Assembly (NCBI GenBank): GCA_951406725.2
Contig: OX597828.1
Location: 42,656,001 to 42,720,000 of the forward strand
DNA length: 64,000 bases
From: Octopus vulgaris
Lineage: Eukaryota
Reading direction: 5' to 3'
Shown here piece by piece: positions 26,828 to 40,668 of this stretch; within the stretch, counting starts at the first letter, position 1, and each line of letters begins with the position of its first letter. Made by a program: the position numbers and the translations under genes. The notes under the pieces were generated by a model. That model did not search any database. It saw only the letters and a list, made by a program, of their open reading frames with translations, and had not been told where the DNA came from.

Positions 26828-27993
26828 CAGACAGACCTGAAGGTAGGTAAATAAACAATGTTCACTGATAAACAGATAGCGGCACTGATAGTTAGACAGG
26901 AGGAGAAGCAAAGAGAAAATTATTAGTATGGCAAATATTTTCGAGGTGTTACGAATGTATGAAAGTGACTAGGCGGGGGGGGGGGAAAGGTGGATAAATA
27001 CGGTGGAGGAGGGCAGAGGGTAAATGAGGGAAGATGCAATTTGTGATGGGGGAGGGAGAGATGCTATTTACACGCATCTACCCTAAGCATGTGCACCGTC
27101 TAATGACTGAAACCGGTAGATGATAATTGATAAAAAAATGAGTGTGAGCATATGTTGTGTTTGTGTGTGTGTGTGAATGTGTGTGTGTGAATGTGTGTGT
27201 GAGTATGTGTGTGTATGCGTATGTGTGTGTATGTGTGTGTGTGTGTGTGTGTGTGTATGTACGCGGCGGCGGTGTTGGTGTTGTGTCATTGGTAGACAAT
27301 AACAACAACAACGTCTCGCAGGAGTTGCATCTACGCGGTTGCACGAGATGCTAGAAACTGTAGCTAAAGCTTCCTGATTTCATATCTTTTACTGTCTTAG
27401 GGAAAACGGAACACACATTGTGGATAATATATAAGATTTGGTTGTGCCTGCATTAAGCCCTTTTGCCCAGCCGCAGCAGCAGCAGTATGACCAGTGTCCA
27501 ATGAATGGCTGAAACACATACGTCTGATATTTAGAGATCCTTAACTGTTCAACTGCCTCTTTGAAATAAATTAGAAATAAAAAAGGAACCTAGAGACACA
27601 AAGCACCCCCCCAAACCCCTCAACCCCCAAAAAACATTAGATGAACCTTTGACGAGGAGACTGGACCTGTGAACCATTGAAGGATACATTCAGGGAAGAT
27701 CAGCTACTACAAAATTTATCATAGGCGCAGGGGTAGCTGTGTGGTAAAAAGTTTGCTTTTCCGCAACATGGCCCCGGGTTCAGTACCANNNNNNNNNNNN
27801 NNNNNNNNNNNNNNNNNNNNNNNNNNNNNNNNNNNNNNNNNNNNNNNNNNNNNNNNNNNNNNNNNNNNNNNNNNNNNNNNNNNNNNNNGATGGATGGAGT
27901 GATGGATGGATAGGGGGATGGATGGATGGATGGGTGGATGGATGGATACACAGACTGATAGATAGATAAATAGACAGGTAGACAGAGAGACAG

Positions 27994-28074
<81 letters not shown>

Positions 28075-28478
28075 CAGACAGACCTGAAGGTAGGTAAATA
28101 AACAATGTTCACTGATAAACAGATAGCGGCACTGATAGTTAGACAGGAGGAGAAGCAAAGAGAAAATTATTAGTATGGCAAATATTTTCGAGGTGTTACG
28201 AATGTATGAAAGTGACTAGGCGGGGGGGGGGGGGGTGGATAAATACGGTGGAGGAGGGCAGAGGGTAAATGAGGGAAGATGCCATTTGTGATGGGGGAGG
28301 GGAGAGATGCTATTTACACGCATCTACCCTAAGCAGGTGCACCGTCTAATGACTGAAACCGGTAGATGATAATGGATAAAAAAATGAGTGTGAGCATATG
28401 TTGTGTTTGTGTGTGTGGGGGAATGTGTGTGTGAGTATGTGTGTGTATGTGTATGTGTGTGTATGGGTGTGTATGTAC

Positions 28479-28511
<33 letters not shown>

Positions 28512-29031
28512 TTGGTGTTGTGTCATTGGTAGACAATAACAACAACAACGTCGCGGCAGGAGTTGCATCTACGCGGTTGCACGAGATGCTAGAAACTGTA
28601 GCTAAAGCTTCCTGATTTCATAACTTTTACTGTCTTAGGGAAAACGGAACACACATTGTGGATAATATATAAGATTTGGTTGTGCCTGCATTAAGCCCTT
28701 TTGCCCAGCCGCAGCAGCAGCAGCAGCAGTATGACCAGTGTCCAATGAATGGCTGAAACACATACGTCTGATATTTAGAGATCCTTAACTGTTCAACTGC
28801 CTCTTTGAAATAAATTAGAAATAAAAAAGGAACCTAGAGACACAAAGCACCCCCCAAACCCCTCAACCCCCAAAAAACATTAGATGAACCTTTGACGAGG
28901 AGACTGGACCTGTGAACCATTGAAGGATACATTCAGGGAAGATCAGCTACTACAAAATTTATCATAGGCGCAGGGGTAGCTGTGTGGTAAAAAGTTTGCT
29001 TTTCCGCAACATGGCTCCGGGTTCAGTACCA
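26634..29031. other. ~1.15-kb direct duplication straddling a 100-N gap (27789-27888), probable haplotype-overlap artefact
   Basis: 26634-27788 matches 27889-29031, with SNPs and microsatellite length differences. Both copies abut the gap exactly. Confidence 0.85.
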
Positions 29032-29502
29032 CTACGTGACACCTTGGGCAAATGTCTTCTACTTTAGCCCTGGGCCGACCAAAGCCTTGTGAGTTGATTT
29101 GGTGAACGGAAACTGAAAGAAACCAGTCGTATATCTATATTCACCGTAACCTAGCGGTTTGGCATAAGAATCCGATAGAATAAGAACTAGACTTACAAAA
29201 ATTAAATCCTGAGTTCGATTTGTTCGACTAAAGGCAGTGCTCCAGCATGACCGCAGTCAGATGCATATGTTTATGTATGTATTCTGTGTTTGTCCTTTCG
29301 CCATCGCTTGACAACCGTTGTTGGTTTGTTTACGTCCCCGTAACTTAGCGGTTCGGCCATAATGACCGATAGAATAAGTACTAGGCTTGCACAGAATACG
29401 TCCTGGGGTCGATTTCTTCGACTAAAACTCTTTAAGGCGGTGCTCCAGCATAGCCACAGTCCTACGACTGAAACTGTTAAGAGAATTTAGGAATAAAAGT
29501 AA

Positions 29503-30540
<1,038 letters not shown>

Positions 30541-31148
30541 AAGCGATTAAAGAAAAAGCCTGTTTGCCCGATCAGGTCTGACTCGGGGTTCAACAAAAAC
30601 AATGACAACGACGACGATAATACTGAAAGACAGAAGATGTTTAAATAAAACGAAGAATAAAATACTCCAACAAAAATAAATATTTAAAAAAATAGTAGCG
30701 ATTCGTTTGATTGTGTTCGATGGGTAGTCGTTAGTTTTAATAGATTTGACATGGAGAGGTGTTTCTCTTGTACTTAGACATCCAAAACGTAAGGTCAAAG
30801 GAGAGGTGAAAAGGCTAGTAGGTCACGGAGCGGGGCGAGCGGCTTTGTGAGTCTCGTCTCGTCTCTGGTCCATCTGCTGGGAAACGTAGTTGTTGTTAGC
30901 GGTGTTAGAGGTAGGTCGCCAGGTGGCGGCTGGGAACTCTAGCGTAGACGAATTTCGACTGATTTCTATTCTTTTTGTTATTGGATGTGTGTGTGTGTGC
31001 GTGTGTGGTGTGTAGTTATGTCTTCTCTTTCGTGTGTTTGAATGTGTATTTTTTTTTATTTATGTTGTGTCAAGAGCGATTGTATATTTCCGTGTGTATG
31101 TGAACAAGCGTTTTACAAGCCACGAAAAAGCAAACACTCGACCAACAC

Positions 31149-31208
<60 letters not shown>

Positions 31209-31281
31209 ACACACGTACAGTGATATACATATTTATGGGCACATTGTGTATATGTGTACAGATATATATACATACATACAC

Positions 31282-31346
<65 letters not shown>

Positions 31347-31434
31347 CTGAGGGCTTCGAATGTCCCGTCCTGTGGTTCTTGTGTCGTCTCTTTGGTGTTT
31401 CATGTTCTTGTCCATGTCTGTATTTATTTTTTTC

Positions 31435-31484
<50 letters not shown>

Positions 31485-31654
31485 CGTGACCACCGTGACC
31501 GACCAGGCTATCAGATGTTGCTACACATCGCTGGTCACAATGCACTTCGCATTGTTTTAACCTTCAAATGGCGCCACCCCGCTGGCTAAGCGAGCAGACC
31601 AAGTGTATCTCGAACTATACAGCTATAAATAATGACAAGTAAATATTGCAGTTC

Positions 31655-32346
31655 TATATTTAAGAGATGAGGAATTATTTATATTATTTACATTATTTAC
31701 ATTTGACGGATATTTGTCCTCATCTTGTCTGTTGTTAACACAACGTTTTGGCTGATATACCCTTCGGCCTTCTTCAAGTGTCTTGGGGGAAATTTCGAAC
31801 CTGGGTTCTCATTCCTAGGACACTTTTCGATGTTGTTGTTGTTGTTGTTGTTGTTCTTGTTGTTGTTATTATCATTATTGTTATTATATCTTTTCGGTTT
31901 CAACGGCAGTTTTTCTAGCGGTGTCATATGAAATTGTCACCCATAATTATGACCCTAGTATCGATCTATTGCATTTCAATCTGTTTTAGGGTTAGGGTTA
32001 GGGTGGGGGGAAGGGTAATTTTTTTCCTTCACAAATGTAAATAAACCCAATCTGTTTCTTAAACGAGGGACATATTCATACGGCACAGAATGTTTTTTTT
32101 TACCTCAATGGACATTACTGATTGGTTGAAATTGCAGAAATTGAAGAAGAAAAAAAAACAACAAATATCTTACAAACTATAGAATTTTCTCAATAAAGCC
32201 AAGAGAAAAAGATGATTTATAAACACATTCTACCAGTATACGAAGTTTAAAATTTTTTAGTTACCTAGAAATTATGTTAAAAACTGCCTTTCAAACCGAA
32301 AAGATCCTTATTATTACTATCATTATTATTATTATTATTATTATTA

Positions 32347-32433
<87 letters not shown>

Positions 32434-32532
32434 TCACAGCCTGGAATCTTATTCGGCTTAAGGTGTAGGGATTATATCATCCGAAACAAGATGAGGACAA
32501 ATATCCGTCAAATGTAAATAATGTAAATTATG
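31655..32532 (-). mobile_element. Penelope-like non-coding element with inverted terminal fragment and decayed type I HHR (31738-31781)
   Basis: ~40-bp inverted repeat at ~31690-31728 / ~32485-32530. Minus ACAC-TTGAAGA-A-GGCCG..CAGCC-AAAA-CG-TT-GTGT has two core mutations. Confidence 0.6.
31888..32305. mobile_element. TIR MITE with internal (TTAGGG)3, inserted in (ATT)n
   Basis: TIRs ATCTTTTCGGTTTCAACGGCAGTTTTT / AAAAACTGCCTTTCAAACCGAAAAGAT. Confidence 0.75.
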
Positions 32533-32710
32533 TAAGTAAATATTGGTTTGAAATTTTGGCAGGAGGCCAGAACTTTCTGGGGTGGGGGGGGGGAGCAAAC
32601 TCAGTAACATCGATTTCAGTGTTCAACTAGTCCTCATTTTATCAAACCTGAAAAATGAAAGGTAATCTCGACCTCCGGGGAATTTGAACACTGCACGTCA
32701 AGACAGACGT

Positions 32711-32801
<91 letters not shown>

Positions 32802-32939
32802 GTCTGTGTATGTATGTATGTATGTATGTATGTATGTATCTATATATATATATTTATTTTATTTTATTTTATTTTATCTAGTTTCAGCTCACGAGCTGTG
32901 GCCATGCTGGGGCACCGCCATATATGTATATATATATAT

Positions 32940-33690
32940 AGGTGCAGGAGTGGCTGTGTGGTAAGTAGCTTGCTTACTAACTACATGGTTGCGGGTTCAG
33001 TCCCACTGCGTGGCACCTTGGGCAAGTCTCTTGTACTATAGCCTTAGGCTGACCAAAGCTTTGTGAGTGGATTTGGTAGACAGAAACTGAAAGAAGCCCG
33101 TCGTATAGATGTATATATATATGTATGTATGTGTGTATGTGTTTTTGTGTCTGTGTTTGTCCTCCCAACATCGCTTGACAACCGATGCTGGTGTGTTTAC
33201 GTCCCCCGTAACTTAGCGGTTCGGCAAAAGAAATCGCTAGAATAAGTACCAGGCTTACAAAGAATAAGTCCTGGGGGTCGATTTGTTCGCTCAAAGGCGC
33301 TGCTCCAGCATGGCCGAAGTCGAATTTCTGAAACAAATAAAAGAATAAAAGAATATGTAATTATATACGTGTAGGAGTTGTTGACGCATTCTTGATTTTG
33401 GTGGCACCTTCGGCAAGTGTCTTCTACTATAGCCTCGAGCTGACCAAAGCCTTGTGAGTAGATTTGGTAGATGGAACCTAAATGAAGCCCGTCGTATATA
33501 TGTATATATATATATATATATATGTGTGTATTGTGTGTGTGTTTGTGTGTCTGTGTTTGCCCCTAAAGGGACCGATAGAATAAGTACTGGGCTTACAAAG
33601 AATAAGTCCCGGGGTCGAGTTGCTCGACTAAAGACTGTGCTCCAGCATGGCCGAAGTCAAATGACTGAAACAAATAAAAGAGTAAAAGAA
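32940..33690 (+). mobile_element. Two SINE family A copies in tandem
   Basis: One full copy (32940-33350) and one 5'-truncated copy (~33400-33690). Confidence 0.8.
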
Positions 33691-33745
33691 TAATTATATA
33701 CGTGTGTGTGTGTGCGTGTGTGAGAGAGAGAGAGAGAAAGAGAGG

Positions 33746-33828
<83 letters not shown>

Positions 33829-33917
33829 TGGCGGGCGAGAAAGAAAGAGTAGAAGCAGCGAGAGAATATGCAAAGTTAAGGAAATGCTGATAGGAATGCA
33901 TGATAATGAGGGAGGTC

Positions 33918-33950
<33 letters not shown>

Positions 33951-34252
33951 GTGAGAATGAGAGAGGAGGAGAAGGCACACAAGAGATAGATAGGGAGAGA
34001 TAGCATGTGTAAGTGTTGTATACACCTGCCGATATGTGTGTGTTTTTGCGTGTATAAATATATCAAGATGTTCTCACCATCTCCGGCATGTAGATTGTTT
34101 GACACGACTCGTCCGAATGCCTTTGACCCCATGACCTCATTTAAAGCTAACTCTTCCTACCCCTTTAACCCTCCCACCTTCCGGTAACAAAAGAATTAGG
34201 GTCAGTCTCTCGTTGCTGTTGAGAGTTGTTCTGACTGATGGGAAGAGACTCC

Positions 34253-34294
<42 letters not shown>

Positions 34295-34367
34295 TACACA
34301 CGAACATCCACGCGCGTATCTGTCTATTTACCTATATACCTACATGCCGACTAACCTATCTATCTCT

Positions 34368-34595
34368 AAGGCGGCGAGCTGGCAGAACCATTAGCACGCC
34401 GGGCGAAATGCGTAGCCGCATTTCGTCTGCCGTTACGTTCTGTGTTCAAATTCCGCCGAGGTCGACTTTGCCTTTCATCCTTTCGGGGTCGATAAATTAA
34501 GTACCAGTCTCATTCTGGGGTCGATGTAATCGACTTAATCCGTTTGACTGTCTTTGTTTGTCCTCTCTGTGTTTAGCCCCTTGTGGGTAATAAAA
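34368..34595 (+). mobile_element. SINE family B copy
   Basis: AAGGCGGCGAGCTGGCAGAA..GTTCAAATTCCGCCGAGGTCGACTTTGCCTTTCATCCTTTCGGGGTCGATAAATTAAGTACCAG. Confidence 0.8.
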
Positions 34596-34886
34596 AAAAC
34601 ATATCTATCTATCTATCCTTCGCCCCCTTTTTACACACGCGTGCGCGGACACACACAGACACACACACAAACACACAATCACAGATACGCACACAAACAC
34701 ACACACACTCACATACAAGTACGTGTTTCAGTCAGACTACGGCCATTAGACTACGGCCCCGAAGTGTCTATCCGGATAATCTTTCTCGGGAAGCGGGCCG
34801 CATGAGATATGGTACCTCATCAGGTGGTGTTCATTTTATATTAGACATGCCTTGCTGAAAGTCTCACGTGCCGCAGTTAGCAGCCC

Positions 34887-35070
34887 ATGATTGCTCCAGC
34901 CGATCAAATCATCCTTCCGGTGTAGGACAGCTGAAAACTGATGAAGGGTCGTTCTTCATGTTACTTGTCTTGTTTTCCATTTGCTTCTCTCGTTGTTTGT
35001 GTACCCAACTTTATTTTCGTATTTCATGTTGTTTACGTTTTGTGACGTCCTGTACCTGTATATGCATATC
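34887..35070 (+). mobile_element. Decayed relative of the 40586 element, with a degenerate rearranged HHR
   Basis: Shares CTGATGAAGGGTCGTTCTTCATGTTACTTGTC. Stem III ATGAT/ATCAT and stem II CGATC/GGTCG are retained, G12 is missing and stem I is damaged. Confidence 0.55.
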
Positions 35071-35124
35071 TATATACATATATATGTATGTATGTGTGTG
35101 TATGTATGTATGCATATATATCAT

Positions 35125-35525
35125 GGAGTGGCTGTGTGGTAAGTAGCTTGCTAACCAACCACATGGTTCCGGGTTCAGTCCCACTGCGTGGCATCTTGGG
35201 CAAGTGTCTTCTGCTATAGCCCCGGGCCGACCAATGCCTTGTGAGTGGATTTGGTAGACGGAAACTGAAAGAAGCCTGTCGTATATATGTATATATATAT
35301 AAGTGTGTGTGTATATGTTTGTGTGTCTGTGTTTGTCCTCTTAGCATTGCTTGACAACCGATGCTGGTGTGTTTACGTCCCCGTCACTTAGCGGTTCGGC
35401 AAAAGAAACCGATAGAATAAGTACTGGGCTTACAAAGAATAAGTCCTGGGGTCGATTTGCTCGACTGAAGGCGGTGCTCCAGCATGACCGCAGTCAAATG
35501 ACAAACAAGTAAAAGAGTAAAAGAG
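35125..35525 (+). mobile_element. SINE family A copy
   Basis: Near-consensus full-length copy. Confidence 0.85.
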
Positions 35526-36508
35526 TATAATATAATATAATATATATATACACATATATATATATATATTCTCGCCTTGTTTCTTTCTGTGGAAGAGCAT
35601 AGGCTCGAAACGTTAAAGACCTTTTCAATTCCCGAGCGTTATACTAATAATATAAGATGATATTTTGTCAAAGCTGCTGCACCGTGAGACTGAACCCGAA
35701 CCTTTTAACCACAAACACAACAAACCATATCATATCGGAGAACTTAATAATAATTCTTCCAAAATGATGATATTTCTCCGCCTTACCCTCGACCCTTTAA
35801 ACTTCGCTTCATCATTCCAATCCTGGTTTAAAGATTTAATTTCTCTTCGTCTCGTTAATGGAGACTTAAAACCAAGTTCCATTGGCAATATCCCGGCAAT
35901 ATCAACCTGATCTGCCCTCTTGTTAACGGCTTCTTGCTTGACGGAGAAACGGTCATTATACATACCATCAGCAGCTGTCAATTATGGATTTATAGTTTAT
36001 ATAAGAACCTGTTTAATATACTTTATAACGATTCAGTGTTGACTTTCAGCCCAACCCACCCCAAATCGTACAATCTCAATTATACGTGTACGGACACACG
36101 TGTACGTGGTCATATTACGTACTATACATAAATGAATATATACTTGTTTATGAGTGTGGGTGTGTGAGGGTGTATATGCATATACATTTGCATATATTAT
36201 GTATACTATATATATGTACACACGTACACACACACACATATGCATATATGCATATATAAATGTGTATGTGTAGGTATATAGGTATATAGATATATGCATA
36301 ACTCTATGTATATGTACACACTGGTTCGTGCTCACACACATATATACTCAGAGATTACTTTTTTTCTTATAAAGGAAGAAATTAATTTACAATTTACCAC
36401 GGATCTTAAATATCGTTGTATTTCACACTTACTGATTTCAAAAGCGCTATAAAACAACAACAACAACAACAACAACAACACGTACACACGTATATATATA
36501 TATATATA

Positions 36509-36760
36509 TCGAAACGTAGAGTAGATGAAACCATAGCGACTGAAGAAGGGTTTTTTTCCTTGTGTTAATTGTCCTGTACTCTATTTTTTTGTTGTTTAAA
36601 AAAATGTCCAGTTCCTTGGGTTTGTGTCTATGTTTTCGTTTCTCATTGTGTTCGACGTCTTTTTGGTGTCCTGTACTCATATATGCGTGTATATGTACAT
36701 GTAGAGGTAGGTACGTACATATATGTATATATATATGCATATGTTTTATTTATTAATATA
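36509..36760 (+). mobile_element. 5'-truncated copy of the 838-bp family, retaining the GAAA and CUGAAGA strands
   Basis: CGAAACGTAGAGTAGATGAAACCATAGCGACTGAAGAAGGG plus a 3' end homologous to the reverse complement of 14388-14630. Both flanks are (TA)n. Confidence 0.7.
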
Positions 36761-36779
36761 TATATATATATATATATAC

Positions 36780-37015
36780 AGGGAGAATTCACAAAAAAAA
36801 CAAAAGATGAAGACAGGTGGTGTAGACAACAAACAGATTTATTAGTATAATGCTCGGGAAGTGAAAAAGTCTTTAACGTTTCGAGCCTGCGCTATTCCAC
36901 AGAAAGGAACACAGAAAGAAACAAGGAGAGAAAACAAAGAATGTGTAGTGGCTAGCGATCTATCATGGCGAATGCCGGACAGAAGGGTCACACAAGAGTG
37001 CTAGGGAGAAGGAGA
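36780..37015 (-). mobile_element. Family H1 copy (variant HHR, CUGUGGA)
   Basis: Minus CTGTGGAATAGCGCAGGCTCGAAACGTTAAAGAC. Confidence 0.6.
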
Positions 37016-37173
37016 GATTATATATATTTATATATATATATATATGAGACCGATAGAATAAGTACTAGGCTTACAAAGAATAAGTCTTGGCGTCGATTTG
37101 CTCGTCAAAAGGCGGTGCTCCAGCATAGCCACAGTCAAATGGCTGAAAAAAGCAAAAGAGTAAAAGAAATAGA

Positions 37174-37227
<54 letters not shown>

Positions 37228-37250
37228 GTATACACACACACATATATCTA

Positions 37251-37297
<47 letters not shown>

Positions 37298-37374
37298 ATA
37301 TATATATATACGTTTGTGTATATGTGTATATATATATACATACGTATATATATATATATATATATATAATTGTC

Positions 37375-37419
<45 letters not shown>

Positions 37420-37455
37420 TGTGTGCTTGTGTGTGTATGTATATATATATAAATA

Positions 37456-37493
<38 letters not shown>

Positions 37494-37859
37494 CATACAT
37501 ATGTATACATATACATGTGTATATATATGTATGAGTATATATGTATGTGCACGAATTAATGTATGTACGTACACGCATAGTTTTGTTCGTCATCTGTATT
37601 GAGGAGAAACTTGTTGACTGGTTTTCAAATTGTCCGTGAAGAAAACCTAAGTTTCACATCCATTAAACTGGAATTTCTGTCGACCTTTACCCCACACAGC
37701 ATCCATAAATACGTTAGATTAGTCTCTGCCGGGCGTAGCTTCGAAGAATGAGCAGCTTGTACAAGGAGAGTGGGGGGAGATTGAAACGGTATGGTGCGTT
37801 GCCAATATATCAAGTATTTGTACACACACACACATACACACACATGTACATATTTTATT

Positions 37860-38280
37860 GTTTTACTTGTGTCAGTCAATTGACTAAGACCATGCTGGAG
37901 CACCGTCTTTAGTCGAGCAAATCGACCTCAGGACTTATTCTTTTTAAGCCTAGTACTTATTCTATCGGTCCCTTGTGCCGAACCGCTAAGTTATAGGGAC
38001 TTAAACGCGCGAGCATTGGTTGTCAAGCGATATTGGGAGGACAGACACAGACACAAAGACACACACATAAATATATACATATACATATATATATATATAT
38101 GTATATATATATACGACAGAGATTCATTCAGTTTCCGTCTACCAAATCCACTCACAAGGCTTTGGTCGGCCCGAGTCTATAGTAGAAGACACTTTGCCCA
38201 AGGTGCCACGCAGAGGGACTGAACTAGGAACCATGCGTTTGGGAAAGCAAGCTTCTTGCCACACAACCACGCTTGCTCCT
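37860..38280 (-). mobile_element. SINE family A copy
   Basis: Reverse complement of the full family A structure. Confidence 0.8.
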
Positions 38281-38281
38281 A

Positions 38282-38369
<88 letters not shown>

Positions 38370-38375
38370 GATCTA

Positions 38376-39121
38376 GCAGTCTCAGTTTCAACTCATGGCT
38401 CGCCACTTAATCCTACGCGAGTATCCCATCACCACTATCCACACCGCCGTTGCCAGAGCACGTTCCGTGGACCGTGCATCTGCTCTCTCCGCCCGTAGCC
38501 GCCCCGCCGTCTCCTGTTTCCACTAACTTATCATCCCACCACCCTACCTCTCCAATGCACCATTCTCCGAGCTTTCCGGTGACTCCAGTCCGACCCTCCA
38601 CTTCGCACATCTTCCCTAACCAACCCCTCCCCTCCTTCAAACGAGCCCACAACCTACGAGACCTCTTGGTCCACAGCTTCTTCCCGAACCCGACTTCCTA
38701 ACCCGGCTCGTTCCCCTGCTCCCGCCCACGCTACTGTACTTGCCCTTACCTCTCCAACGCCACCCTCCTCACTGGCACCCATCATCGATCCTATCATATC
38801 ACTGACTCCTTCACCTGCACTTCTACCAATGTCATCTACTGCATCTCCTGCTCTCTCTTCCCTTCTCTATACATCGGGCAAACGGGACGCCGCTTGGCTG
38901 ACCGGTTGGCAGAACACCTCCGACACATCCAACTCGGCAATGACACCCCGGTCTCGCACCATTTCCGCTCTACCGGTCACTCTTTGGAACACGTGTCTGT
39001 GTTCGCATTGTTCTTGCACAGGGGCCATCAGGACTCCCGTTTGCGCCGTTAACAGGGATTAATCTTCTATCTTCGCTCCTTTGCGTCACATGGGCTCAGC
39101 TCTCTTCCCTTCTTTATCTAA
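38376..39121 (+). pseudogene. Penelope-like (Neptune-type) retroelement ORF remnant: RT C-terminus, Cys linker and GIY-YIG endonuclease
   Basis: One frame reads QPLPSFKRAHNLRDLLVHS..*PGSFPCSRPRYCTCPY..FTCTSTNVIYCISCSLFPSLYIGQTGRRLADRLAEHLRHI..PVSHHF..GH, with in-frame stops. A CT-rich 3' UTR follows. Confidence 0.9.
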
Positions 39122-39599
39122 CCTCCTCTCCTCTCTCCCTCTCACACCTACTTTCTCCCACCCACCTTTCCTTTCTTGCTCCGACTCCTACTTCTTCTCT
39201 TCACTCCTAATCTCCTTCTCTCTTCCCTTATCTCCTACTCTCCTTCTCTCTTCTCTTCACTCCCTTCCTCTTCTCCCGTCATCGTCACCCCTCCGTCGTA
39301 ATCTCACCCCACACAATCCAACCCCATCTTCTCTGACCATCCCATGCTTCATAAAATATATATGTAAAATAAATATTTCGACGTGAGAAGCAAACATACA
39401 CATTCAAACAATACATGTTCAGCGATATTTAAGTCATATAAATTTGTACATACAGGATCGGTTCGTCGCATCAGACTCGCTAATATTAAAACTCCCTAGA
39501 ATATATGGAAGGTTCGAAGGGAGAAATCCAAATTAAAACCCAAATGTGAAAATTAACGTATACAACATACACCCTTCGGTCATTTCAGGAACATAGTGG

Positions 39600-39930
39600 T
39601 AAGTTAGTTAATTTTTTGGCTCAAAAAGCAAAAAGCAAGGCCATGTCGGGGGACATGGAGTTACAGGGTGGTGTTCATGTAAAGAGTTCAGGCCACTCGT
39701 GGCCAAGGGAGACTTTGAACAAAGCGGTCGTCGGCATCTTCACCATCTCGTCTGGCAGCTTGTTCCACAGATCCGCACCCGGACGGAGAAAGCCCCTCTC
39801 CTTCGATTGAGATGAAATCGTCGCAGATAGAGCTTTTCGGAGTGACCCCACAGCTGACGCTCTGGAGCAGGAGTGAAGAACAGCTCTTTCGAGAGGTTAC
39901 ACTTTCCGCTTATGATGTTGTGAGCGAGAT
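39600..39930 (-). mobile_element. CR1-type LINE 3' fragment (ORF2 C-terminus and 3' UTR)
   Basis: Minus translation LFFTPAPERQLWGHSEKLYLRRFHLNRRRGAFSVRV / LWNKLPDEMVKMPTTALFKVSL. 3' UTR hairpin CCATGTC-GGGG-GACATGG. Confidence 0.8.
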
Positions 39931-40171
39931 ATATTGGTACGTTTATTCAAAGACGTCGATCCTGTATCTAAAAATCGAAATGAACTAAAATTTCGTTGTA
40001 TATGTATTGTCTCAATGCGTATGTTTGCCTCTCACATCGAAATACTTATTTCACATTCATATTTCTATGAAACATTTAATAGATTAAAGTTTTACTTTTC
40101 ATATATGGACAGATAACCTAGAATTTTGTCGTCTCAAATCCAAAATCTTTCGTTTTATATATATATATATA

Positions 40172-40571
40172 CTAGCAGTATCGCCAAGCGTTGCTCGGGT
40201 TTGTAAGGGGAATAACTATATAAACATTTTTAGAGAGTTATAGCCAAAAAATAGCAAAAAAATGCATTAAAAATGGAAAAAAAATGATGGTAAACTTTTT
40301 TTTTAAATCGTTGACTCATCGTAGACATTTTTAGAGAGTTACTTCCCTTATATAATAGCGAGAAAATGCATTAAAATGGAAAAAAAATGATGGTAAATTT
40401 TTTTTTAAATCGTAGACTCATCGTAGACGCGCGCTAATACCCAGAAGGGCTCGATATGAATCACGACTATAAGATACCCGGTTTTGGTTAAACTGCACCG
40501 TAAAATGTGGGAGTAGTTAGGAATCTAAATCGTAGGAGACAGACACACAACTTCACTTTTATATATAAAGA
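40172..40571 (-). mobile_element. Non-autonomous Helitron
   Basis: Minus strand has 5' TC, 3' CTAG, a subterminal GC hairpin (~40184-40198) and an A|T target. Internal ~105-bp duplication. Confidence 0.75.
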
Positions 40572-40605
40572 TATATATATATATAACTGCAAGTGTCTTC
40601 GAAGA

Positions 40606-40668
40606 CTCATATTGTCGTTCAATACTCGAAATGAGGAGTAGACAGACGACAACTGATGAAGGGTCGTT
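40606..40668 (+). ncRNA. Non-circularly permuted hammerhead ribozyme (putative) in a short element (~40586-40800)
   Basis: CUCA-UA-UUGUCGU .. AAUACUC-GAAA-UGAG ... ACGACAA-CUGAUGA-A-GGGUCGUU: 5-bp stem III, 7-bp stem I and at least 4-bp stem II, all in register. Confidence 0.75.

Noticed and set aside
26634-29031. Apparent segmental duplication
   Set aside because: Both copies end exactly at a 100-N scaffold gap and differ like alleles. This is most likely an uncollapsed haplotype overlap.
31986-32005. (TTAGGG)3 as an interstitial telomere or fusion site
   Set aside because: Only three units, and they lie inside a TIR-bounded MITE.
35730-35981. 83-aa non-repetitive ORF on the minus strand
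   Set aside because: No recognisable motif or convincing splice context. The length is within chance expectation.
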